Positions 9,729-21,131 of a DNA stretch of 64,000 nucleotides are shown piece after piece. The translations under genes were made by a program, and so were the position numbers. Below the pieces are notes generated by a model. The model saw only the letters and a program-made list of their open reading frames with translations, was not told where the DNA came from and searched no databases. The first letter of the stretch is position 1, and the number at the start of each line of letters is the position of its first letter. Location of the stretch: assembly GCA_010909165.1 (NCBI GenBank), contig MU008177.1:744001-808000 (forward strand), given 5' to 3'. The DNA comes from Anthoceros angustus (Eukaryota; Plantae; Anthocerotophyta).

Positions 9729-12700
9729 ATGTTGGTGCGGATCCTGCTGCTAGCATGGCTGGGGTGGTGTTGCATTTCCGGGCCGGGCGTGGTGGACGCG
9801 GCTGCGCGGCAGGGCGCGCCGCTGCTGCAGCGAGCTCAGGACGCGGTTCCCAATGGCAGGGAATTGGAGGCGGTGGCGGACGCCTGGAGGCAGCGCCCGG
9901 CGCGGCGGAGGCGGCACCACCAGCTGCACAAGGAGGGAGGCACCACGCCCGGCCCGGGACCGGGGCCGGGGCCGGGGCCGGGGCTGGGGCTGGGGAATGA
10001 GAGCCTGGACGCGCCGGCCAAGGGGGTGCACTCGGTTCTTGTGGAGCAGGAGATACGGTACCGGGGCGTGGAGATCGGGGGGGAGCAGCAGCAATGGGTG
10101 AACGTGAGCAACCCGACGGATAGGCCCGTCCTGGTGCGGCTGCAGGTGGAGGCGGATGACAAGGGCCGCGGATGTAGCTGCAGGAGCCGGGAAGGGGGCG
10201 AAGGAGACTCGGGGGGAGGAGAAGCGGATTGGAGAGTGGAGGAAAGCAGCGTGTTTTCTTTGGCGGACGGGGCCGTGGCGGAGGCGGTGCTCCCGGGCGG
10301 GGCCAAGGCGGCGCTCGGCCCGGTCTCCTTCCGCCCGCTGCGGCCCTGCCTCTGCACCGGGATGCTGTCGCTGCGCAACAATTTGAGCGACGTGGAGTGG
10401 ATGCCGCTGCAGGGAGCCGTGGGGGATCTTTCCGATTTGCTTCTTGGCCGGGAGGCGGGGGAGTGTGTGGCGGGAGGGGAGGTGGAGCGGGGGAAGGAGG
10501 AGGAAGGGATGGGGGAGTGCAGCGCCCAGGCGGTGCCGCTGGCGTCATCGGCATCGCATCACCCGGATTTCCGCTCCGCCGTCATCGAGAACAACATCCA
10601 GTTCGCAACCTCTGCGGGAGTGCTGCACATGCCGCTCATGGCGCATCTGCCGGGCCATCTGCTGCCGCTCTGCCTCGAGGCTCCTCCGTATTCATACTAT
10701 GAGAAAGTCATGCTCTTCTTCTTCCTCCTGGTCACGGCCATGCTCGTCTTCATCTACTTCAGAGTGCCCGTGCAATTGAACTCGCACTCCCGGCTGCAGG
10801 CGTCCGGGAGCGGGCTCAGGTCCGCGCTGCATAGGAGGCGCCTGGCTGCGGCTATCATCTTCCCTCAGCCTGGTGTACAGGAGTCTCGTCTGCAGCAGCA
10901 GCAGCAGCAGCTAGGTAGTCAGGGGAGGAGTAGCAGGTTGTTGGCCGCTTTTGCTAACCGATGTGTGCAGGCTGTGACATCCGCGTTTGCGACCCGCTTC
11001 AGCTCCCAGGAGGAGGCGGAAGGCAAATGCGGGGTAAGGGACGGCAGCTCGCCTTCCGTGAGTACCAATACCGGGGGTAAGAAGATCTCGGAGAAGAAGC
11101 CTGGGCTGGCCCCAATCCTGGTGAAGCAGCAGCTGCTGCCGCAGGCCAAGCTCAGCAGGCAGGCTAGTCGTAGCGGGGCTAGCCCCTCCTCCCCCGGTAG
11201 AAGCAGCTTTGGGGGGAGGGAGGAGCAGGCGCCTCCCGGGACACAGCACGTGGCCGCTGTGAAGCAGTGTAGAGACAGGGACTCGCCTAGGAAGAGTCCG
11301 CAAGCCAAGACGGTCTTGGCGGCGGCCAAAATTCAGCCGCTGTCTCCAAAGTCACAGGTTGAGGCTGTGCTTGTGCAGGTTCAGGCTGCCACCGTCGGGG
11401 TTGCACAGAAGATAGAAAACAACAAGCAGCAGCAGCAGCTAGACAGGGAGAAGGATAAGGACAAGGACAAGGACAAGGGTAGGAAGAAGAAGAAACGGAG
11501 CACGGTGGGGCTTGTGAAGCAGGAAGCCAGCAGTCTCAAGTCTGGAAGTGGGAGCTCCTCACCTCTTTCCTCTCCGGCGTCTCCTGCGTCACCGGGCCGA
11601 CCTGCCAGTCCAACCAGACCCGTCAGCCCGCTGTCCAGAGGCGATCTTCCGCTTGCTGCTCCAGTCACTGTTGTGCTGACCGCAGCAACTGTGTCTGGAA
11701 ATGCCAAGAGCCTGCTAGCCCGTAGACAGTCTGCTCTTTCTGGGCTGGAGGTGGACGTGACCATCTCCGCCACCGGCCCTCAACCACCGCCTGTCACTTC
11801 TACTCCTCAACCCTCTCTCGACAACACTCCCTACAGGAGAAGTGACCCTTTGTCTGTGGATTCAGCCTGCAGTGCCTTGAAGGAGATGGCTCGCTCTAAG
11901 GCTGTTGACTCTGGTCCATCATGTGGCACTCGGATGTCGAGTAGGCAGGCCACAGGGCTGCCCTGTGCCTGGTCGGGCACAAGTGCAGTAGGGGCAGGTG
12001 GTGCATGGGCAATGCAAGGCGATGAGCTTGAAGGAGGAGGAAGAGGAGGATTGTGGAGTAGTGGTGGGATATGGGGTCCGCAAGGACTGAGACAACGCCC
12101 TGGTCCTGTTCTCACCACTTCGGCCACGTTCCCTCGCCGGGGAAGGGCAGGAGGTTGGGACATTTCCAGCTATGCAGATGGGAGTCATGTTGATTCCATG
12201 GATTCCACCTGGCCTTCCCCTGTCATTGATTCTGCTGCTTCCAGGTCTCATGGGCTTCCGGTATGGATTGACAGACGAGGCAGCGATGCTGGACTCTGGA
12301 GCAGGCACGCCTTCTTCGACCAGAAAGCTGATGGCGCCGGCTCGTTCTTAGATTTCGGTGGAGAACTTGAGATCTCACAACGGCCACCATTCTACGACAT
12401 GTGGGACACTCAGTTTGCCGGGGTCACAAGCGAGGCAGGTCTAGGGTCCAGTGGGATGGTGGTGCGGGATGACACTCGAAGCTTGTTCTCCAACTCCGAC
12501 TTCGTTGACCATGGCATGCCTGGTGTGGAGGATTCTTACTCATTCGCTGACCACGGAATGGCTGTGCCTGTTATGGAGAATACCTACCCACGCCCACCCC
12601 CAGGGTTCTCTCAGACCACTGGTATGTCAGCCTTACCTGCAACCATCCGCACGCGCACCGACTCCCGGTTTGGATGTGGGAGCAGTCTGCCGTCTTCCCC

Positions 12701-13022
12701 GAGTGGCTATCCTGGTATGAGCCCCTTCGACTCACCTAGGGCAGGCATGTCACCCAGACAACACACCACATTCTTCACGGAGACTCTGCCCAAAAGCAAT
12801 GCTACTCGGCTAGGAGTGATTGGGCAGGGGCTGAACGGAGCTGGCATGTCGGAAGGGCCGTCCACTCCTGTACGAGCTTACACTCCTTGCATGGAGATGG
12901 CGTGCTACAGTCCTATGGCCAGCTCTGGTCACCTTGATCAAAGCATGCCCAGCTATACGGCTGCTTCTATTGTGGACTCTTCGTCTTCCTTCTGGTCGGG
13001 GGCCTTTCCTGCTCAGAGTTGA
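9729..13022 (+). CDS. TMEM131-like membrane protein, single exon
   Basis: Signal peptide MLVRILLLAWLGWCC, then VNVSNPTDRPVLVRLQV and VSFRP..CTGMLSLRNNLSDVEWMPLQG (TMEM131-like conserved block). TM helix VMLFFFLLVTAMLVFIYF, followed by a long S/P/Q/K-rich tail. Confidence 0.75.
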   Translation: MLVRILLLAWLGWCCISGPGVVDAAARQGAPLLQRAQDAVPNGRELEAVADAWRQRPARRRRHHQLHKEGGTTPGPGPGPGPGPGLGLGNESLDAPAKGVHSVLVEQEIRYRGVEIGGEQQQWVNVSNPTDRPVLVRLQVEADDKGRGCSCRSREGGEGDSGGGEADWRVEESSVFSLADGAVAEAVLPGGAKAALGPVSFRPLRPCLCTGMLSLRNNLSDVEWMPLQGAVGDLSDLLLGREAGECVAGGEVERGKEEEGMGECSAQAVPLASSASHHPDFRSAVIENNIQFATSAGVLHMPLMAHLPGHLLPLCLEAPPYSYYEKVMLFFFLLVTAMLVFIYFRVPVQLNSHSRLQASGSGLRSALHRRRLAAAIIFPQPGVQESRLQQQQQQLGSQGRSSRLLAAFANRCVQAVTSAFATRFSSQEEAEGKCGVRDGSSPSVSTNTGGKKISEKKPGLAPILVKQQLLPQAKLSRQASRSGASPSSPGRSSFGGREEQAPPGTQHVAAVKQCRDRDSPRKSPQAKTVLAAAKIQPLSPKSQVEAVLVQVQAATVGVAQKIENNKQQQQLDREKDKDKDKDKGRKKKKRSTVGLVKQEASSLKSGSGSSSPLSSPASPASPGRPASPTRPVSPLSRGDLPLAAPVTVVLTAATVSGNAKSLLARRQSALSGLEVDVTISATGPQPPPVTSTPQPSLDNTPYRRSDPLSVDSACSALKEMARSKAVDSGPSCGTRMSSRQATGLPCAWSGTSAVGAGGAWAMQGDELEGGGRGGLWSSGGIWGPQGLRQRPGPVLTTSATFPRRGRAGGWDISSYADGSHVDSMDSTWPSPVIDSAASRSHGLPVWIDRRGSDAGLWSRHAFFDQKADGAGSFLDFGGELEISQRPPFYDMWDTQFAGVTSEAGLGSSGMVVRDDTRSLFSNSDFVDHGMPGVEDSYSFADHGMAVPVMENTYPRPPPGFSQTTGMSALPATIRTRTDSRFGCGSSLPSSPSGYPGMSPFDSPRAGMSPRQHTTFFTETLPKSNATRLGVIGQGLNGAGMSEGPSTPVRAYTPCMEMACYSPMASSGHLDQSMPSYTAASIVDSSSSFWSGAFPAQS

Positions 13023-13714
13023 GATACCCCCTCGGGGTTGTCTGCGAGACTTGGGAGTTGGCAGGCCACCATGCCAGCAAAAGGAGGAAACAAGGCATGA
13101 GAAAAGATTCAGGGTTATTTATTGTGAGCACCTCTGTCCCCATCTGTTAATTCTGTAACGCAGCTATCTCTAGCTGCGTCATCCTCGTGCAAAGCATGAG
13201 TACTTATGTATTCTGCAGGTTAGTGCAGTAGTGAAACCTATCTGTGCTGGACAGCGTGGGAGAAACCTCCACATCTTCGACAGATCAGGAGAATAAAATG
13301 GGGTGGAAAGCGTCTAAGGCTACTTCTGGTTTGTCACCTGTACATTATCCGCGGGTTTGGGCAGCTCTAGTTTCTCTCACCATGAACTAACAGGAGCTGT
13401 GCTTCTTTAGGATGCTCATGCTTCTTTAGGATGAACTTTCCCCCACACGCAACATCAAGGAACAAGCACATTGAATTCAGTCAGACACGGTCGGCATCAG
13501 CGGATTCCTCATCCGCGATTGAGGATAATTCGGGACGATGAAAATGGGAGTCGTCTTTTCTGGGGACGTCGCCTGCTGTTGCGTTGGTGCGACCGAAACC
13601 ACACTTTCTTGAGGCCCAGAAGCTTTTCTCACTTTTACTAAGAGGCTCTCACCAGTAGTCTGATATATTGAGCTCCGCACCCGGATCTGCAAGGAGCCAG
13701 CCCAAGACCACCAA

Positions 13715-16307
13715 ATGCAGACACATGGGCTGCAGCGGGGTCCATGCCCATCCGACCTACCATGGTCTTCGTCGTTCAAGGCGAAGAAGCATCCTGGCAT
13801 TGTGAATGCAGGGCATCTTCAGCGCAACACACATTTTCGGGTAACAGCCACTTTAAGGACTGAAGAGAAAAGAGATTCGGCAGCGGAAAGCTCAGGTGGC
13901 AGAGGATTTCAAGGTGATGGTCTTGTGGATGCTGTGTAATCGTGCAACGATGCTTACAGAACACAGTCCCGTGGGGTGATAGCAAATCTGCCCCAGATTT
14001 GGTCAGTCTCACTTACGGGGGCTTGTGCCGGTGAGTTCTGACGAGTTTCATTCCTGCAGGCAAGCCGGAAGCTGATTACGTGGTCATTGGAAGCGGTATT
14101 GGAGGTTTGTCTTGTGGAGGTTTGCTTGCGAGGTATGGAGAAGATGTCCTTTTGTTGGAGAGTCATGACCACCCAGGTGGAGCTGCACACTCTTTCGATA
14201 TCAAAGGCTACAAGTTTGACTCGGGCCCATCTCTGTTCTCCGGCCTAGCATCTCGGGGTCCCCAGGCCAACCCACTAGCGCAGGTGACCTGGTCGTCGAG
14301 AACTTCTCTTTCAGATGACCGTGCCACAAGAAAACAAGTCTGTTCTCACTGAGCTGTGTAATATCAGGTCTTGGATGCAGTTGGCGAGACTGTGGAGTGC
14401 AAGAGCTATGATGCCTGGCGAGTACACCTTCCAGAAGGAACTTGGTCATCCAAACTTGGTCAACAAAACTTCTACCAGGTATTTTGTTGTTGGATGATGG
14501 TCCACTTCTGCAGAGGCTGATTTTACTATTGGTACCCTGAAGCACCAGGTGCAGAAGGGAAAAAACAGTGCAGCTCCGAGAGGAATTCATTTATGTTTTA
14601 TCCTTCTGCGAAGTCCAGGAATTACTGAAGCATATTGGGCCAGCTGCAGCAGCAGAATGGACAAAACTTCTAGTATGTATGCAGTTTCGCTGGCTCTCCA
14701 GAATGCAAATGTCGCACTGTCGTGGGAAAGATGTGGATCTTGACTAGTGGACATTATGTGGGCAGGATTACATATTGCCTTTGTCTGGAGCGGCTATGGC
14801 TCTTCCACCAGCGGCCATCCGGGGCGACATTGGGGTGGTAGTCACTGCTCTAGCGCGCTATGCTCCATCTCTGTTCGGAGCATTTGCGGAAATGGGCCCT
14901 CGAGGAGCTTTGGGTGCAACTAAGCTGCTCGGGCCTTTCTCCAACATTATTGACACTGTGGGCATTAAAGACCCTTTTCTTCGAAACTGGCTAGATCTGC
15001 TTCCCTTCCTGCTCTCAGGTCTCAAGGCCGATGGAACTCTTGCTGCAGAAGTGGTAAGCAACAACATACCATCTGCAGCCCTGTTAACCTTCCATTAGGT
15101 GGGCGTGAAAGGAGTGCACTGATTTTCTAATTTGCGTATAACTGATGTTCATTCACCAGATATACATGTTCTCAGAATGGTACAAGCCAGGATGTACCCT
15201 TGAGTATCCTTTAGGTGGAGTTGGAGCCATTGTTGATGCCCTCGTAAGGGGATTGGAGAAGCATGGGGGACGTCTGTCACTTGGTTCTCATGTGGAGCAG
15301 ATTGCGGTGGAGAGCGGAAAAGCTGTAGGCGTGAAGCTGAAGGGGGGCGTGGTGAGTTATCCAGAGACTGAGACTGTGGTTTTCAAAGACATCACCGTGG
15401 AACTCAATTCAGCCTCACTTATGACTCTTGCAGTTTATACGTGCTCGGAAGGCGGTGATCAGCAATGCCTCTCTGTGGAATACAGCATCGCTTATCCCAA
15501 CAAATGCTCTTCCCCAAGAGATGAGAAGAAAAGCTGCTGAAACCCCTCAATGTGATTCTTTCATGCACCTTCACCTCGGCATAGACGCAAAGGTATGCAG
15601 CACGAGGAAGGACACCCATGTTTGTCGTGTTACGCTACACCGCACTAAAGCAAGCGGCTTGGTTTGCAGGACTTGCCTTCTGACTTGGACATACACCACA
15701 TCATTGTGAACGACTGGGCTTTGGGAGTTGATGCACCACAAAATGTGGTGCTCATTTCCATTCCAAGCGTGCTGAGCCCTGACCTGGCTCCCCCTGGCAG
15801 GCATGTCCTTCATGCCTACCTGCCAGGAACTGAGCCTTACCACGTATGGGCAGGTCTTGATCGGCGCAGCACAGCGTATCGGGAGCTGAAACAGGAAAGA
15901 TCTGAGGTGAGGCTTCCATCCCTCGCCGAGCCTCGTGCTACAACTTTTCGGTGTGTGCACCTGCTAACCTTCGCCACCGGCATTTATCACAGGTCTTGTG
16001 GAAAGCCGTTGAGCGAGCCTTGGGTCCAGGTTTCTCCCGAGATAAGTGTGACGTGAAGATGGTTGGAACTCCCCTCACGCATGAACGTTTTCTTCGAAGA
16101 GAGAGGGGAACGTATGGACCAGCCATCAAGGCGGGGCAGGGGGTGTTCCCGGGGCCTGCAACCCCGCTTGCTGGCCTCTATTGCTGCGGGGATTCCACCT
16201 TCCCGGGCATCGGTATCCCAGCTGTTGCTGCCAGTGGAATGGTGACAGCCAACTCCTTGACCTCAGTATCCAAACATTCCAAGCTACTGGATGCGATAGG
16301 ATTGTGA
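13715..16307 (+). CDS. Carotenoid isomerase (CRTISO)-family FAD oxidoreductase, At1g57770-type, multi-exon
   Basis: VVIGSGIGGLSCGGLLA...ESHDHPGGAAHSF...DSGPSLFSG, EWYKPGCTLEYPLGG, FMHLHLG, and C-terminal GTPLTHERFLRR.RGTYGP...CCGDSTFPGIGIPAVAASG...LLDAIGL*. Confidence 0.93.
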
Positions 16308-16479
16308 GAGTTCACACGGTCAGCCTTACTAAACAGGAGCCCTGCGAGGGCGAAGTTATGCTCGAAGGTTTTTTTTGTCAAGCCCGCCAACATAAACCAT
16401 CGAGAATGTTGCGCTCATGTACGACATCCATCTTGCAAGGATCGGAGCTTTTCCTGTTCGAGGGTCTGCGCAAATGAGA

Positions 16480-17445
16480 CAGTGAGCTTGAGCTCTAAGG
16501 AGGAGTGTGTTTGTGAAAACCTTACAACTGTACAGATATTCCTTAAAAATCACACAAAATTCCTTGTATGGGAAGACCGCTCACAACGCAGCCAGTAAGC
16601 AAGCGACAAGTGTTGGCTTCCAAACGGTCTAGGACCTCGCCACTTCCTTCCACAAGAGGCTTGCACGATTCTCAACGCTCTCAACCTCACGATGAAGCAC
16701 TAGGCTACAAGTAGCCCGCCGTCCACTAACAGCTCGTTAACCACCTCCTGGAGAAGCTGTTTTCTGTCCACCAATGACTCAACTAGCTACTACCCTTGAC
16801 TCAACTAGCTACTGCCCTTGATTCAACTAGCTACTGCCTTGATTCAACTAGCTACTGCCTTGATTGAACTAGCCATTGCCCTTGACTCAACTAGCCACTG
16901 CCCTTGACTCAACTAGCTACTGATTCAACTAGCTACTGCCCTTGATTCAACTAAGCCCGCCCTCTAGCCGCCGCCTTGACTCAACTAGCTACGCCGCCGG
17001 CTCAACTAGCTACGCCCGATTCAACTAGCTCGCGACTCAACTAGCCGCCTTGACTCAACTAGCCACTGCCCTTGACTCAACTAGCTACTGCCCTTGACTC
17101 AACTAGCTACTGTCCTTGACTCAACTAGCTACTGTCCTTGACTCAACGACAAGCTCACTAGCTAACTACTGTCCTTGACTCAACGACAACCTCACTAGCT
17201 AACCACAGCTCTCTCAATACAAGGCTTGCAGCGCATCATGAACTAAATGATGATGATGAAGATGATTCATCAAAGCCTTTGCTCTCGCCCTTATATATCC
17301 CAGGCTCGCCTTAATTAGGCGGCTGTTAACTTAAGGGATTCTTACAGACCACTAATTACTAAGAGTCCCCTTTAGGCAGCTCTTTCATTAGTGGCTGTAG
17401 TAATTCCTCTCTAATAGGAGATTGCATGAAGCATGCAACACATGC
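16480..17445 (-). mobile_element. LTR-like segment (possible solo LTR)
   Basis: The minus strand has a TATA-like ATATATAA and TTGTATTGAGAGAG, an internal minisatellite and possible TG..CA ends. No PBS and no matching TSD found. Confidence 0.35.
16775..17203. repeat. ~22-bp minisatellite (CTTGACTCAACTAGCTACTGCC)n, roughly 18 copies
   Basis: Directly visible tandem repeat, with degenerate middle copies. Confidence 0.95.
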
Positions 17446-18050
17446 ATTTCTTAATAGGGCAGCTACTAATTGATTTTTTTTTACCTTTTTTAACTTTTCA
17501 CCTTTTTACCTTATTTCATAAGTTTGGTTACTTGTATGCTTTTTGATCATTTTGAGGGAGATTTTGCTTCTACCAAAAGCAAGACCAAATTCATCACCAA
17601 AAGTTGAAAAATCCTCATTAGGACACCACCGGATATAGGGATATAGGGATTCTACAATGCACACCATTGGGGGTATGCACTATTAGTGGCATGTAGGACA
17701 AAGAAGATACCTACCTAGTTGTTATCATGTAGGACAAAGAAGAAACCTTGAGCTTTCAAAAGGTATGCCAACCTTTTACAAAAATCAGTGCAATCTCATC
17801 ACACTAGTGCTCATCCACCAAGGCTCAACGGACATTTGTAGTTCCATTCAGTTTTGTCCAAAGGGGTTCAGCCCGTGGACTGCCACCTCGAACAAACAAA
17901 CCGGACTATTGAACCAAACTCAACCACATACTTTTCATCTCTATGATTCAAACAGTGAGTATTCATACACTATATTTAACTAAATAATATTTTTTGATAC
18001 TAATAAATGATAATAAATTATAAAAATTAAAGAAAAATTTTCCTGTTTCA

Positions 18051-18113
18051 CCTCAAATTGATTTTAATCATGCAGCGTGGAGAACCTCAAATTGATTTTA
18101 ATCATGCAGCGTG
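18051..18113. repeat. ~30-bp direct repeat x2
   Basis: acctcaaattgattttaatcatgcagcgtg occurs twice. Confidence 0.85.
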
Positions 18114-18890
18114 AAGAAAGGTTAACGTGGGAATCGCAAGCCGACTGTGAAACTATGCATGCCACCATAGCCAACTACATATCATATACGGTTGTGTTTA
18201 GGGTTTAGGGTTTGTGCCATGGTTCATCTAGGGTTTTGTTAAGGGGTTAGAGTTTAGTCTTTGCGCTTTGTACAATGGTTGTGTCATGGTTCGTTCAGTT
18301 TGCATTGAAAATTGGGTAACCCAACGACAACTCAACTCTGTCCGAACCGTAGCGGCCTTAGTATCACGAACCCCAATAAACTTCAAGTGAGATTCCCACC
18401 CAACACTAACTGTTATGGATGAGATTGTCTTTGAACCGATGAATGTGGCACTTTGTAAACGCGCTCATGAGAATTGGCTATGAATTATGTGCCGTCATCC
18501 TCGGCCAACGAACATGAGCAGAATGATTGAGAAAAGTGTGAATACCCTTTAGCCAAAGTTATATTCAAACATCTTTATTGCAGTAAAATATTATTTTATT
18601 ACCTTTTTTTTTTTTTCTCTCCAATGACCCCGGGATGATTTTTGTGGAGTCCAGTAAATTTGATGCTCCTGTCCGTTGGATCATGGTTCACTAGTCACCA
18701 TTCATCTATCAGTTTAGTTGAGTTCTTAAGCTAACCCGTTCAACCTAGAACTAAACGGAATGTAAAGGTGGCAAGCAATTTGTCCGACTGAACTATGGAG
18801 CTGAACGGATGTCAATTCGAGGCTGGTAGTAAAGTAAGGGTCCTTGGTATCAAGGACCCGGCAACTTGTGGTTGGATTCCCCAACCAAAA

Positions 18891-19425
18891 CTAATTGTTG
18901 TGGGTGAGGCTTGTCTTCAAATTGATAAATGTGCCACTCCAACTCAATAAACCGAAATTTCTCTCCTCTTCGTCACGGTATCTTTGAATAACACGTATTC
19001 CATGTTCTTCTATCAATTCATGAATACTTTCACAACTCCTCATGTCCATCCTTCTTCTTCTCGTGAAGATATCTTGTATCATTTGATTGTCATTTTGGGA
19101 CATCAAACCACTTTGCGATGGAACTCTTTGAACATCGCTTTCCTCTTCGAGATGTCAACCCACTTTGTCGTTGTCTTCTTTGAAACATATTTCACGCCTA
19201 CATAGTGGACACGTTGGTTGGCGACTATCAACCATGGTTCTAAACATCTTCTATGATATGTATGAGCACATACATTGACTAGGATCATGTCTTCACTTTG
19301 GAGAGGATCAAGACAAATTGCACACGTTTTTCATTTTGAAGAACATACATAGATAGATAAAAGCAAACATATGTCCATAGTTTCGACAAGTCTTCTTGCC
19401 TCGGGTCTCTCTCAGCGGCCTCCAT
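18891..19425 (-). CDS. RING-H2 zinc-finger (putative E3 ligase) ORF, array copy 1
   Basis: Consensus over copies: ...ETMDICLLYDLSMYVLQNEKTCAICLDPLQDGEDMILVNVCAHTYHRRCLEPWLDSQPTCPLCRREICFKEDNAQSGLTSQEESDVQRVPSQSGLMSQNDNQMIQDILTRRRRMDMRSCESIHELIEEHGIRVIQRYRDEEERNFWFIELEWHIYQFEDSLTHNN*. This has C3H2C3 spacing. Individual copies carry indels, and the start codon is uncertain. Confidence 0.8.
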
Positions 19426-20594
19426 GCGTGGTGATTCATAGGGAAGGCATGAGCTATATTGATTATGTAAACACCTATGGCAAAAGCGGCCTTGATCGTT
19501 GGATTCCTAAAATCTGCGCTTTATCTCTGGATGAATCAACTTTCAATACCAGGGCGGATCCAAACTCCGAGTTTTTCAAATAGAAGAATTACGGAAGAAA
19601 GTAGAGAGAAAGAACAACTATTTTCTAGAGGAAATAAATAGACAACGTTAAAAGTTTATATTAGGAGTAGATAATATATTAACTTAGTGCAACATTGCAT
19701 TTATAGTCGGATGGTCCCAATACAGTAGATAGTCTCGAAAATCGGGGAAAAAACATATAAATTAGATACTAACTTTACTTAGTGGTATGGTACATTCATA
19801 ATCACATTGTCTCAACGTCACAGCTACTTTCTTCTCCAACGCACATAGTATGAACTAACCAATTTGAGAAGCGTTTGCCGCCACACGTCAAGATCGCTAG
19901 TTTGAGCCACATGTGGAGATCGGCAAGTCGAGAATGATGAGTTCTGAGTCAAGGCGTGGTTGAATAATTATATGCGTGTTTGGATAATGGAATTATGAAA
20001 ATTAAGCGCATGCATGCTCATCATAATGAATCATAAAGAGATCAACAAGTTTTGATAGACACGGCGACTCGGTGAAGACTGGACAAGATCGGCGTGTTTG
20101 GATAAATCTAACCGATTAAAGTGAAGAAAGACTTGTTATTGGATTATGGGTGAGATTGTCTTTGAATCGATGAATGTGGCACTTTAAACGCGCTCATGAG
20201 AATGGCTATGAATTATGTGCCGTCATCATCCCGGCCAACGAACATGAGCGAATGATTGAGAAAAGTAATACCCTTTAGCCAAAGTTATATTCAAACATCT
20301 TTATTGCAGTAAAATATTATTTTATTACCCTTTTTTTTTCTCTCAATGACCGGGATGATTTTTGTAGTCGATGAATTTGATGCTCTGGGTTGGATCATGG
20401 TTCACTAGTCACCATTCATCTATCGGTTTAGTTGAGTTCTTAAGCTAACCCGTTCAACCTAGAACTAAGCCCAGATGTAAGTGGCAAGCAATTTGTCCAG
20501 GAACTATGGGCCTGAGCGGATGTCAATTAGTCAGAAAGTAAGGGTCCTTGGTATCAAGGACCCCGACGAACTTTGGTTGGATTCTCAACCAAAA

Positions 20595-21131
20595 CTAATT
20601 AGTGGGTGAGCTTGTCTTCAAATTGATAAATGTGCCACTCCAACTCAATAAACCAAATTTCTCTCCTCTTAAATCACGGTATCTTTGAATAACACGTATT
20701 CCATGTTCTTCTATCAATTCATGAATACTTTCACAACTCCTCATGTCCATCCTTCTTCTTCTCGTGAGGATATCTTGTATCATTTTGATTGTCATTTTGG
20801 GACATCAAACCACTTTGCGATGGAACTCTTTGAACATCGCTTTCCTCTGAGATGTCAACCCACTTTGTGCGTTGTCTTCTTTGAAACATATTTCACGCCT
20901 ACATAGTGGACACGCGTTGGCGTGACTATCAACCATGGTTCTAAACATCTTCTATGATATGTATGAGCACATACATTGACTAGGATCATGTCTTCACCGT
21001 CTTTGGAGAGATCAAGACAAATTGCACCACGTTTTTCATTTTGAAGAACATACATAGATAGATAAAAGCAAACATATGTCCATAGTTTGACAAGTCTTCT
21101 TGCCTCACGGGTCTCTCTCAACGGCCTCCAT
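20595..21131 (-). CDS. RING-H2 ORF, array copy 2
   Basis: Same motifs (AICLD..CAHTYHRRCLEPWL..CPLC), with indels. Confidence 0.75.

Noticed and set aside
8837-10554. Long minus-strand ORFs (312 and 463 aa)
   Set aside because: Antisense shadows of the GC-rich TMEM131-like exon and the GGAA microsatellite; low complexity and no domain.
16775-17203. Regular short repeats resembling a CRISPR array
   Set aside because: No unique spacers, eukaryotic context and no cas genes; it is a minisatellite.
18984-19205. Plus-strand ORF MNNTYSMFFYQF... repeated in each unit
   Set aside because: Antisense to the RING ORF, which carries the recognisable domain.
19449-20330. Alternative genetic code (TAR=Gln or TGA=Trp) in the array unit
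   Set aside because: All three stop types occur in the frame and the RING ORF ends at a normal TAG; decay or chance is simpler.
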